In this document: positions 46,380 to 55,098 of the stretch, piece by piece
Position numbering within the stretch: the stretch's first letter is position 1
Layout: each line of letters starts with the position of its first letter
Source: an uncultured Gammaproteobacteria bacterium
Lineage (GTDB): Bacteria; Patescibacteriota; Microgenomatia; UBA1406; GWC2-37-13
Assembly (NCBI GenBank): GCA_964485585.1
Contig: CAZAJT010000001.1
Span: 150 to 64,149, forward strand
Direction: 5' to 3'
DNA: 64,000 bases
The notes under the pieces: generated by a model
Told to the model about the DNA's origin: nothing
Database searches by the model: none
Seen by the model: the letters and a program-made list of their open reading frames with translations, nothing else
Position numbers and translations under genes: made by a program

Positions 46380-47219
46380 TTACAATATCTTATTTTTCAT
46401 GATAGCGAGTCCCTCTGCAAAAGAGCGCATCCGGTGAAAGTTATTTTTTTTGGAGACAATGTGTGAAAGTTTGGGACGAATCAGATTATTTTTGTAATAC
46501 TTTTCAAATGTGGTTTTCTCAATGAGTGATGTATCAAGTTGAAACATTTTTGCTATGAGAAGCGCACTATCAAATGATGAGAGAACCTGTGAGCCGACAA
46601 GGTGAAAAATTTCTGGAGAAAAATGTTTAATAAGATGTTCTAGTCCAAAAGCAATGTCATCAATGTAAGTTGGTGTTATAAGAGAGTCCTCAATCATAGT
46701 AAGTTTTCTCCCTTGCTCTAAGAGGTATTTGAGCGAACGGACAAAATCTTTTTTTTCCGCTGGAGAATTACCATACGGATATGCAATTCGAACTATCATA
46801 CTGTTATTTTTTACCACCTCTTCTCCTTCAAATTTCGTCTGTCCATAATAACCAACGGGATTCGGTCTACTCGTTTCGTCATAAGGCGGATTCGTGCCAT
46901 CAAACACGAAGTCTGTTGAGATGTAGATGAATTTTTTATTTCTGTTAGCGACACACTCAAATAAATTCCTCGTACCTTCAACATTGATTCTGTATGTGAG
47001 TTTACGTTCCTGCTCTGCCTTATCAACATTGGTGTATGCTGCAAGGTGCAGAAGTATATCATATTGAATGCCGTTTAAGAATTTCCAAACACTGTCTCGA
47101 TCGGTAATATCAATTTCTTCTTGCAGAAGCGGCCTGAACTGGATGGTGTCTTGAAGAAGCGCTACTATGCGTGAACCAACTAATCCTGTTGATCCGGTGA
47201 TCGCTATTTTAAGTACCAT
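46380..47219 (-). CDS. rfbD: dTDP-4-dehydrorhamnose reductase (RmlD-like SDR)
   Basis: ITGSTGLVGS, HLAAYTNVDKAE, STDFVFDG, YGQTK. It is adjacent to and overlaps rfbB. Confidence 0.7.
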   Translation of the reverse strand: MVLKIAITGSTGLVGSRIVALLQDTIQFRPLLQEEIDITDRDSVWKFLNGIQYDILLHLAAYTNVDKAEQERKLTYRINVEGTRNLFECVANRNKKFIYISTDFVFDGTNPPYDETSRPNPVGYYGQTKFEGEEVVKNNSMIVRIAYPYGNSPAEKKDFVRSLKYLLEQGRKLTMIEDSLITPTYIDDIAFGLEHLIKHFSPEIFHLVGSQVLSSFDSALLIAKMFQLDTSLIEKTTFEKYYKNNLIRPKLSHIVSKKNNFHRMRSFAEGLAIMKNKIL

Positions 47220-48219
47220 ACTGTTGTTTATAGTAATTTATGTATTCTCCGGACTTTATTCGTTTCCACCAGTTTTCATGAGTTTTGTACCATTCTATTG
47301 TTTTCTTAAGTCCATCTTCCAATGTGTGTCGTGGTTGCCAAGCGAGTTCATTATGCATTTTGCTCCAATCAATTGCGTATCTGCGATCGTGTCCAGGTCG
47401 GTCCTTGACAAACTCGATGAGGTTTTCGTCTTCTCCCATAAGAGTGAGCGTCGCTTTTATCAACTCAAGATTCGAAATCTCGTCGTGCCGTCCACCAATA
47501 AGATAAGTTTTACCAACTTCTCCTTTCTGAATAATACAATCAATAGCTTCACAGTGGTCTTCAACATACAACCAATCTCTTATATAGAGTCCGTCTCCAT
47601 AAATTGGTACTTTTTTCCCTTCGAGAATATTTGTAATTGCAAGTGGTAGTAATTTTTCCGGAAACATATACGGACCATAGTTATTTGAACAGTTTGATAG
47701 CGTATAAGGAAGGTTGTAGGTGGTGCCATAGGCGCGTACCAAATGGTCAGCCGCAGCTTTTGACGCTGAATAGGGACTGCGGGGGTTATAGCAAGTAATT
47801 TCATTAAATTTCTCATCTCGATTGAGCGATAATGCACCAAATACTTCATCGGTTGAAATATGATGAAATCGTCTTACATTGTTTTTTAACGCTGCTTCAA
47901 GAAGAGTGATTGTACCCTCAATGTTTGTTTTAATAAAGGGCGCGGGGTTGAGGATTGAGCGATCAACATGAGATTCTGCCGCAAAATGTACAACGATATC
48001 AATGTCGCGCATAAGCGTATCTACCAGCTTACCATCGCAAATATCTCCTTTTACAAATGTGTAACTGGAGTTATGTTCGATATCCTTGAGGTTTTCTAAG
48101 TTGCCGGCGTAGGTAAGTTTGTCTAGATTCACGACGGAATCATTGGGATATTTTTTGAGCCAGTAGAGCACGAAGTTTGAACCGATAAATCCAGCTCCGC
48201 CAGTCACCAAAAGTCTCAT
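47209..48219 (-). CDS. rfbB: dTDP-glucose 4,6-dehydratase
   Basis: VTGGAGFIGSNF, HFAAESHVDRS, STDEVFG, YSASKAA, and RPGHDRRYAID. Confidence 0.92.
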   Translation of the reverse strand: MRLLVTGGAGFIGSNFVLYWLKKYPNDSVVNLDKLTYAGNLENLKDIEHNSSYTFVKGDICDGKLVDTLMRDIDIVVHFAAESHVDRSILNPAPFIKTNIEGTITLLEAALKNNVRRFHHISTDEVFGALSLNRDEKFNEITCYNPRSPYSASKAAADHLVRAYGTTYNLPYTLSNCSNNYGPYMFPEKLLPLAITNILEGKKVPIYGDGLYIRDWLYVEDHCEAIDCIIQKGEVGKTYLIGGRHDEISNLELIKATLTLMGEDENLIEFVKDRPGHDRRYAIDWSKMHNELAWQPRHTLEDGLKKTIEWYKTHENWWKRIKSGEYINYYKQQYGT

Positions 48220-48270
48220 TCGGATATTGTACCAGAAATAGATCTTGGATCCTAGATCCTAGAACTTATA
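48220..48270 (-). promoter_or_regulatory. rfbB promoter (extended -10) preceded by GATCCTA-type heptads
   Basis: The minus strand reads (AAGTTCT)(AGGATCT)(AGGATCC)(AAGATCT)ATTTC TGG-TACAAT ATCCGA ATG. Only 6 nt separate the -10 box from the start codon. Confidence 0.5.
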
Positions 48271-48283
48271 TCAAAGCCTCCCC

Positions 48284-48368
48284 TGTCATTTCGAACGAAG
48301 CGTTAGCGCAGTGAGAAATCTCTTTTAACCGAGATTTCTCGCCGCACTTCGTTTGGCTCGAAATGACA
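48284..48368. repeat. nested-hairpin MITE/REP-like element, copy D
   Basis: TGTCATTTCGAACGAAGCG..GTGAGAAATCTC TTTTAACC GAGATTTCTCGC..CTTCGTTTGGCTCGAAATGACA. It overlaps the last 14 codons and the stop of the MiaB-like gene. Confidence 0.75.
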
Positions 48369-49512
48369 ATCTAGAGTCATAGGTTTTGCAATGGGTTCTA
48401 GATGTTAGATCATTGTTTATGAGATTTTCGAGAATGAGCCAGCGTTGTTTTTTAACTGAGTGAGGAACATCATCGGGAAGGAGCTTTTTTGCCGCAGTCA
48501 TAGGCCGTTGCGAGTACATAGCTATATAAGCTTTTTCAAATCCTACCTTTTTACAAATCTCAACAGTATTCTGGAACTCTTCGTCAGTTTCCCCGCAAAA
48601 TCCCACAATAATATCAGTGGTAAATTTGACAGTTGAGATCTGTGATTTGAGCTTTGAGATAAGATTAAGGTATTGATCTCTCGTGTACCAACGATTCATT
48701 CTTTGTAACACTTTATTGTCGCCGGACTGAATAGGAAGATGGATAATCCGCGTTATGTTTGGATAGCGTGCAATAACATTAATGAGTTCATCTGAAAAAT
48801 CCCAGGGATTTGATGAGATGAAATCAACGTTCTCAAATCCGAGTTTTGCCACTTCTGCAAGAAGGAGAGGGAACAGCGTTGGGATTCTGTATTTTCCAAG
48901 ATGTTTAACATACACCGGTTTCACATTCTGGACATTTTTTTCTCCCAATATAAGGTCGGTACCGTAGGAGTTTACGTTTTGGCCAAGTAATGTGATTGAT
49001 TGGTATCCTTTTTGTTTCATTTTAGTACATTCTTGAATGATGTCGTCAAACGGCCTGCTGATTTCTCTTCCCCGGGTAAAAGGGACCACGCAGAAGGTAC
49101 AGAAGTTATTACATCCATTTGAGATCGGCACCCATCCGTTTTGCTGATCCTGTCGAAGCGGCTCATGGTCAAATCCAACTTCTTCGATAGGCATAAATTC
49201 GTCGACTTCTGGCATACGCTCACGAATTTTCTGGAGATATTCACCAGTTTTGTCTCGGAATGCAAGTCCAACCATACAACCGGTGACAATGAGCTTAAAT
49301 TGTTTTTTCTCTTTCACCTTGCCAAGGTTGCGAACTAGTCCATATACTCTATCTTCTGCCGATCGTCTGACCATACAGGTATTAATCACAATGTAGTTAG
49401 CAGTCTGTATTGTTTTCGCTTCTTCCATGCCGCGCGCCTGAAAAGATGCGGCAATGCGTTGCGAGTCAGACTTATTTTGCTGACAGCCAAAGGTTTTTAT
49501 AAAATATTTCAT
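48325..49512 (-). CDS. radical-SAM methylthiotransferase (MiaB/RimO family) without a TRAM domain
   Basis: It has the MTTase N-domain cysteines (FGCQQN, NTCMV, TGCM) and the radical-SAM CNNFCTFC motif. The protein ends where TRAM normally begins, and its C-terminus (SFRAKRSAARNLG) is encoded by the repeat element. Confidence 0.75.
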   Translation of the reverse strand: MKYFIKTFGCQQNKSDSQRIAASFQARGMEEAKTIQTANYIVINTCMVRRSAEDRVYGLVRNLGKVKEKKQFKLIVTGCMVGLAFRDKTGEYLQKIRERMPEVDEFMPIEEVGFDHEPLRQDQQNGWVPISNGCNNFCTFCVVPFTRGREISRPFDDIIQECTKMKQKGYQSITLLGQNVNSYGTDLILGEKNVQNVKPVYVKHLGKYRIPTLFPLLLAEVAKLGFENVDFISSNPWDFSDELINVIARYPNITRIIHLPIQSGDNKVLQRMNRWYTRDQYLNLISKLKSQISTVKFTTDIIVGFCGETDEEFQNTVEICKKVGFEKAYIAMYSQRPMTAAKKLLPDDVPHSVKKQRWLILENLINNDLTSRTHCKTYDSRLSFRAKRSAARNLG

Positions 49513-49523
49513 AGGGTAAAGGG

Positions 49524-50591
49524 TTAAGCTACCAGATCTTCTTTCTTGATTCTTTCTATGATAAGGATAAATACGAGAAGCATAATGCCGATTGTCACAA
49601 AAGCGAGGAGTTTCTCTATTCCTTGCAGGTAAAGGCTCACGATACCAAGGATAAATGATACCAGCCAGTAAAATACTGCAATTCTTCTTTTGCCCCAGTG
49701 AATTTCTAATAATTTATGATGAAAATGTCCCCAATCGGCACGAAACGGTGAATGTTTATGCCGAATACGTCGGATGATTGTATATACAGCATCTATCATC
49801 GGTATTGCCAGGATAAGTAATGCAGTGCCGACTTTCCCAAAAGAGAGAATTGAAAGGATTCCAAGAAGAAATCCTGCCAATGCCCCGCCTCCATAACCGG
49901 GCATAATTTTTTGGGGATAAAAATTAAAGGGGAGAAACCCTAAATATGCACCAGCTGTTATAAATGAGAGGAGGGTGACTGCTTGTATACTAATATCGTG
50001 TGCGGTGAACCGTTGGGCGAGAAGTCCCAGGAATATAGCGGTAATACTAACAAATCCGGGAAGTTGCCCATCAACTCCCTTACTCCAGTTTACCATGTTC
50101 ATTATCCATGTTAGCCAAACTACCGCAACCACATCGGCAAACACAAGAATGTTTCTTTGCCCCAAAACATCAAAAGAGAATTGCCATTGGTCAAGGCGAA
50201 TAGCATCGCCAAAAGGATTTGATATGTATGGTATCCCAAGACCGAATGAAATAACTATAATAGATATGATGAGATTGGCAACAAATCGTGAATAGGGAGA
50301 AAGATCGAGCAAATCGTCAAGAACACCAACTATCACAAGAAGAAAGCTGGCAATAAGAATACCAATGATTATTTTATTAAGCGGGAGAAATAGTAAAGAA
50401 CACAGTAGTAACGAAACATAAACCGGAATGCCGCCACCACGAGGGACAATGCCTTCATGGGTATGAGCCGGATGGCTCCTTTTTTTGGAATCAGTTACGA
50501 GACCAAATCTTCTGGCGAGAATGATAACCAGCGGTGTCAGGAAAAACGAGATGAAGAATGAAATAGTAAAAACAGTCACTATTAGCGGCAT
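49524..50591 (-). CDS. GT4 polyprenyl-phosphate HexNAc-1-phosphate transferase (WecA/MraY family)
   Basis: About 10 TM segments, VPRGGGI, VLDDLLDL and NWSKGVDGL motifs. Confidence 0.8.
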   Translation of the reverse strand: MPLIVTVFTISFFISFFLTPLVIILARRFGLVTDSKKRSHPAHTHEGIVPRGGGIPVYVSLLLCSLLFLPLNKIIIGILIASFLLVIVGVLDDLLDLSPYSRFVANLIISIIVISFGLGIPYISNPFGDAIRLDQWQFSFDVLGQRNILVFADVVAVVWLTWIMNMVNWSKGVDGQLPGFVSITAIFLGLLAQRFTAHDISIQAVTLLSFITAGAYLGFLPFNFYPQKIMPGYGGGALAGFLLGILSILSFGKVGTALLILAIPMIDAVYTIIRRIRHKHSPFRADWGHFHHKLLEIHWGKRRIAVFYWLVSFILGIVSLYLQGIEKLLAFVTIGIMLLVFILIIERIKKEDLVA

Positions 50592-50592
50592 A

Positions 50593-50898
50593 TCAAGATA
50601 TATGAAATACTATCTTTAAAAAGATGAATGTAAACCCAATCGTTAGTACATAGTTTGTTGTCACAATAATTCTTCGGATAAGATGATCGGGAAAGAAGAG
50701 TTTGTTGTAAATAAATACGTTGAGGAAAAAGAAAAAATGAAGGAGTAACGGAAGAATGACGATAACCCAGTAATCTACTAATTGATCTTCTCCCCATGGT
50801 TGGGAGTAGATCAGAGGTATCTGGGGAGGGAGCGAATTAAACTTAAGGAGGAATGCTGCGACCATGAGAACATCTGCGAAGATCAGCATATAGATCAT
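50593..50898 (-). CDS. small hypothetical membrane protein
   Basis: An ORF 1 nt upstream of the wecA-like gene with three hydrophobic segments. The start is taken at ATG 50898, downstream of the TATAAT at 50909-50914; the track start 50931 lies inside the promoter module. Confidence 0.5.
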   Translation of the reverse strand: MIYMLIFADVLMVAAFLLKFNSLPPQIPLIYSQPWGEDQLVDYWVIVILPLLLHFFFFLNVFIYNKLFFPDHLIRRIIVTTNYVLTIGFTFIFLKIVFHIS

Positions 50899-50908
50899 AG
50901 ATATCACT

Positions 50909-50946
50909 ATTATACACAGAGCATGTATCATGTATCATGTAGCAAG
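50909..50946 (-). promoter_or_regulatory. 38-nt heptad-repeat promoter module (copy 2)
   Basis: The minus strand reads CTT GCTACAT GATACAT GATACAT GCTCTGT G TATAAT, then 10 nt, then ATG 50898. It is 33/38 identical to 35871-35908. Confidence 0.55.
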
Positions 50947-50951
50947 AATTC

Positions 50952-52283
50952 TTAGTATTCTTTAGGAATTGGGAATTTTCTGCAGAATACATTCACTTCT
51001 TTTTTGATTAAAGGAATGATTTTTGTACTCGCAATAATTCTTTCTCTTGCTTCACGTTTCTTTTCCAGTTCATCAGCAATTCCCAGTTTCTGCTTCGTTA
51101 CCGTAAGATTGTCTACAACCTGATGCATCCAATTTGCAATCCGTTTCATCTCTTTTGCTTTTATACCGCGGCTGGTAATACCAGGAGTACCCAAGCGGAT
51201 TCCTGAAGGATACAGAGGAGGATTTGGATCAAACGGAATTTTATTTGCATTTACTACAATACCTGCCCTTTCCAGTCCTACAGCGCCTGTTTTTCCGAGA
51301 ATTAGTTTATTTCTCAGATCAATAAGAATAAGATGTGAATCTGTCCCTCCGGATACCAAATTGAAGTTGTAATGTTTCAATTCCTGACTGAGTGCCATTG
51401 CGTTACTGACAACTTGTTTTGTATAAGCTCTAAACTGTGTCGTTGAGTCTTCTTTCAATGTCACTCCAATAGCAGCTATGGTATTTATATGAGGTCCACC
51501 TTGAAGACCGGGAATAATAGCTTTATCAATCTTTTTAGCAAGATCGGGATCTTTTTTCAGACCCTTTTCGGTTGTCAAAATCATTGCAGCGCGGGGTCCA
51601 CGGAGCGTCTTATGCGTTGTTGTTGTGATAATATGAGCATAGGGAACCGGTGATGGATATACACCGCCGACTATAAGACCGGCAATATGGGAAATATCTG
51701 CCATAAAATACGCTTCAACCTCATCAGCGATGTGTCCAAACTTTTTCCAATCGATAAATCGCGGGTAGGCGGTATAACCGGCAATAATAATTTTTGGCCG
51801 TTCTTTTTTAGCTAGTTTTAGAATTGATTTGTAATCGAGTATTCCATTTACTCCAACATCATATTCGACTGCTCGAAAATACCTGCTACTTGCGTTACCA
51901 GCTGCCCCATGAGTAAGATGCCCACCACCTGCAAGGGAAAGTCCCATAATGGTGTCACCGGGATTCAAAAGTGCTGTATAAACAGCAAAGTTGGCGGGAG
52001 ATCCGGACAGAGGTTGGACATTTGCAGCGGGGACGTTGAACATTTTTTTTGCCCGCTCTATAACGAGTGTTTCAACCTGATCAACGACTTCCTGTCCCTG
52101 ATAATACCGTTTAAGCGGATAGCCTTCTGCATATTTGTTCCCGAGACAAGAGCCGAGCGCTTCTTCGACCGCCTTCGAGACAATATTTTCAGAAGGTATC
52201 ATCATGAGCGTTTCTGCTTGCCGTTTTTCCTCAAGTTTAATCAGTCTCGCTATCTCCGGATCAGCTTGTCTGAGATATTTCAT
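50952..52283 (-). CDS. glyA: serine hydroxymethyltransferase
   Basis: IPSEN, GYPLKRYYQG, TTTTHKTLRGPR (PLP lysine). The start is taken at MKYLRQADPEI. Confidence 0.95.
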   Translation of the reverse strand: MKYLRQADPEIARLIKLEEKRQAETLMMIPSENIVSKAVEEALGSCLGNKYAEGYPLKRYYQGQEVVDQVETLVIERAKKMFNVPAANVQPLSGSPANFAVYTALLNPGDTIMGLSLAGGGHLTHGAAGNASSRYFRAVEYDVGVNGILDYKSILKLAKKERPKIIIAGYTAYPRFIDWKKFGHIADEVEAYFMADISHIAGLIVGGVYPSPVPYAHIITTTTHKTLRGPRAAMILTTEKGLKKDPDLAKKIDKAIIPGLQGGPHINTIAAIGVTLKEDSTTQFRAYTKQVVSNAMALSQELKHYNFNLVSGGTDSHLILIDLRNKLILGKTGAVGLERAGIVVNANKIPFDPNPPLYPSGIRLGTPGITSRGIKAKEMKRIANWMHQVVDNLTVTKQKLGIADELEKKREARERIIASTKIIPLIKKEVNVFCRKFPIPKEY

Positions 52284-52319
52284 TGCGTTTATCTTAATAA
52301 GGGGATTATTGAAAGTCAA
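52284..52319 (-). promoter_or_regulatory. glyA sigma70-type promoter
   Basis: The minus strand reads TTGACT, a 17-nt spacer, TAAGAT, then AAACGCA, then ATG. Confidence 0.6.
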
Positions 52320-52481
52320 GCAATTCTCTCAACAATTTTCCCTATTATTGTATAATAGGACGAGTAATTATCTAAGTTTAGATACTTTTTTACCTTCGCA
52401 AAAAATATTGAATTATCACCATTTATTGGTTTACCATATAACTTCAGTGGTGGACCATGGATTGATGGAGGCGTTGAAAAC

Positions 52482-52877
52482 GTGCTTGATGGGGTAAACT
52501 GTCAGCGATTAGTACACATGGCATACCAGCTGTGGTTTGGCGTAACAATTCCCAAAGGTATGTGGTCAAAGGAGATATTTGAGGATAATAGTGTATTATT
52601 TAGAACTGTTAATACTGATCGGGAACAACCGTTGCTCGGTGATATTTTCGTATTCCGAAAAGTTAGAGATGATCCCATTACCTATCATTTAGCAGTTCAT
52701 ACTGGAATTACGGATAAAGATTCCGATCCATTGCTGTTGCATGCAAGCCGATTGGCCGATAAAGTTACTATCTGGCCGCTGAGAGAATTTTTACATAACG
52801 ACAGATACCACAGTTTGCAGGCAGTGAAAAGATTGTTGCCTGAGTTTTATTCGCTATTCGTTTCCCCTCAGAGATAA
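52482..52877 (+). CDS. NlpC/P60-family cysteine peptidase-like protein (N-terminus uncertain)
   Basis: ..NCQRLVHMAY.. (Cys) and ..YHLAVHTG..LLHAS (His). The in-frame upstream sequence LPYNFSGGPWIDGG completes the usual Y-x-x-G-G..DCS motif but has no ATG/GTG/TTG before it. Confidence 0.6.
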   Translation: MLDGVNCQRLVHMAYQLWFGVTIPKGMWSKEIFEDNSVLFRTVNTDREQPLLGDIFVFRKVRDDPITYHLAVHTGITDKDSDPLLLHASRLADKVTIWPLREFLHNDRYHSLQAVKRLLPEFYSLFVSPQR

Positions 52878-52919
52878 AATTGCCTTTATTGTGAAATACA
52901 AGATTCAAAAAATAATCTA

Positions 52920-53663
52920 ATGATAGTGACGCCAATTAAAACGAATAAAATTCTTCCTTTTAAGTATGAACTTTTCGAGATTCTTGATCATTATGTGACA
53001 AACATGAAAGAGAAATCAATTCTTGCAATTACCTCTAAGATCGTTTCTCTGTGCGAAGGGAGGGTGGTTAAGATAGGCACCGTAGACAAACAAGCGCTTA
53101 TCAAAAAGGAGTCGGAATTATATCTTCCCTATGAAAACCCTTACCATATAACTCTTACGATAAAGCAAGGGATATTGATACCAACCGCAGGGATAGATGA
53201 GTCAAATGGGTATGGATACTATATTTTGTGGCCGAAAGATGCACAGAAAACAGCAAACGAGGTAAAAGAATATTTACAAAAAAGATTTGCACTTACCCAT
53301 GTAGGCGTAATTATTGTCGATAGTAAAACAACACCGCTTCGATGGGGAACTACCGGCATTGCAATAGCACATAGCGGGTTCGCAGCGTTAAACGATTATA
53401 TAGGAAAGCCTGATATATTTGGAAGAAAACTCAATGTCACAAAAGCAAACATTATGGATTCTTTAGGCGCAACAGCTGTTGCAGTGATGGGAGAAGGCAA
53501 CGAGCAGACTCCGCTGACAACAATAGAAGATGCTGCTTTTGTGAGATTTACGAGAAAAAATCCCACTGAAGAAGAGATCGACGCTCTGAAAATAGAGAGA
53601 AAAGACGATCTTTATGCTCCGCTTCTTACTTGTCCCCAATGGAAAAAAGGAGAGGATGCCTAA
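52920..53663 (+). CDS. CofE-like gamma-glutamyl ligase (F420-0:glutamate ligase / FolC2-type folate ligase family)
   Basis: AITSKIVSLCEGRVV, IPTAGIDESN, VIIVDSKTTPLRWGTTGIAIAHSGF, MGEGNEQTPL. Confidence 0.7.
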   Translation: MIVTPIKTNKILPFKYELFEILDHYVTNMKEKSILAITSKIVSLCEGRVVKIGTVDKQALIKKESELYLPYENPYHITLTIKQGILIPTAGIDESNGYGYYILWPKDAQKTANEVKEYLQKRFALTHVGVIIVDSKTTPLRWGTTGIAIAHSGFAALNDYIGKPDIFGRKLNVTKANIMDSLGATAVAVMGEGNEQTPLTTIEDAAFVRFTRKNPTEEEIDALKIERKDDLYAPLLTCPQWKKGEDA

Positions 53664-54976
53664 TAGAGCGATTGGATGTCATAGTGGGTTTCGTCTCGCA
53701 AGACAAACGCTTTTTTAGGATAAGAAGGAAGACTCGTCACGATCTTATTTTTGGGAATGAGCGCTTTACCAACGTATTGTGGTAATTCTTCATATGTTTT
53801 TCCATAGATGTTTACTCTATTAATCCCAAAGTAGTATTGAGCCGTAAAGAAATCAAGCTCATTTGTAACATATATAACGTCATCTTTTTCTGCAAGCGTT
53901 TTTATTTCGCGCATCATTTTAGCAACATCAGTTTTTACCCGCGACTGTAGTTGAATCTGATTATAGGAATAAGTAAAAGCTATAAGGAGCGCCATAGTCA
54001 TAATGCGCATTCTCCTTGATAATGATTCAAGAGAGAGAATGATCAAAAAAAGCAGCGCTGGTGTAACGAATACCAAATACCTTGGTAAAAGGAGAGGTTT
54101 ATACAATGAGAGGATAAAAATTACTATTGATGGAAAAAATATCCATATGCTTAAAAATTGAAAGAGTCGTCGGTTACCGATGCGTTTATACCCGAAGAAA
54201 AACAAACCAAGAATAATCAAAGAGAACCAAAGTAGTACCGGTATCTCACCCTGTTTCGTGGTCGCAAGGAATCCGAACTCGCGCTCATAACCGGTATAGA
54301 GAAATGAGGGTATGAGGAGAAAATCTTTCAGACTGTACCGCAATATCCAAAATGATTCAGATAAAAATGTTTTTTGCGTTACTACAAATAGTATCCATGG
54401 AACACCAATAAGAATTGGTACCACCATTTTTTTTATCAAAAAAGAAAAGTGGGGTTTTTTGCGCTCAAATAAATATACGGTGATAAGCTGAGTCATTACC
54501 GCAAGTATCATAAAGTAATGAGTATAGAGACCAAGCGTCGTGACAATCTGGTAGAGAAGAATTTTTCGTTGAAAATAGGCATAAAAAGATAGAGTAGCAA
54601 AAAATACAAACATAGTATACATACGGGCCTCAAATGCATAGTAAGTTAACAAAGGGTTTAGTATGAATAAGAGTAGGTACAACAGGCTCTTTTTCTGATC
54701 AAGCTTCAGTATTTCTGTAAGAAACAAATATGATACATAGAGAGTACCCCAGTAAAAAAGAAACGATATACTACGCAATGCTACTTCAGAAGAGCCAAAA
54801 ATGAACATCCAGAATTTAAGAACTATATAGTAGAGTGGAGGATTAAAGTCTTTGGCAGTTGCAACGAGAAGCTGAATGATATTTTGCTGCGCCAATACAT
54901 AGGAGAATGCTTCATCACGCCAGAAGCTTTGAACAAAAAGTTTTAGTGGTGTTTGGGTAAAAAAATATGAGAACAT
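53660..54976 (-). CDS. GT-C (GT39/ArnT/PMT_2-like) membrane glycosyltransferase
   Basis: At least 10 TM segments, the N-terminal FWRDEAFSY motif typical of this family, and a C-terminal soluble domain. Confidence 0.55.
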   Translation of the reverse strand: MFSYFFTQTPLKLFVQSFWRDEAFSYVLAQQNIIQLLVATAKDFNPPLYYIVLKFWMFIFGSSEVALRSISFLFYWGTLYVSYLFLTEILKLDQKKSLLYLLLFILNPLLTYYAFEARMYTMFVFFATLSFYAYFQRKILLYQIVTTLGLYTHYFMILAVMTQLITVYLFERKKPHFSFLIKKMVVPILIGVPWILFVVTQKTFLSESFWILRYSLKDFLLIPSFLYTGYEREFGFLATTKQGEIPVLLWFSLIILGLFFFGYKRIGNRRLFQFLSIWIFFPSIVIFILSLYKPLLLPRYLVFVTPALLFLIILSLESLSRRMRIMTMALLIAFTYSYNQIQLQSRVKTDVAKMMREIKTLAEKDDVIYVTNELDFFTAQYYFGINRVNIYGKTYEELPQYVGKALIPKNKIVTSLPSYPKKAFVLRDETHYDIQSLY

Positions 54977-54995
54977 GTTTATTTCTGTATTGACT

Positions 54996-55095
54996 GTTAC
55001 TTAGTTAGTTGGTTATTTGGTTATTTAGTTACTTGGTACATTCAAACGATGATGCTAACTAACCAAGTAACCAATTAATTAATTAATTAACTAAC
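54996..55095. repeat. GTTA-word imperfect hairpin, second copy of the 25472 family
   Basis: GTTACTTAGTTAGTTGGTTATTTGGTTATTTAGTTACTTGGTAC .. CTAACTAACCAAGTAACCAATTAATTAATTAATTAACTAAC. The first 33 nt differ at only 3 positions from 25474-25506. Confidence 0.65.
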
Positions 55096-55098
55096 TGC

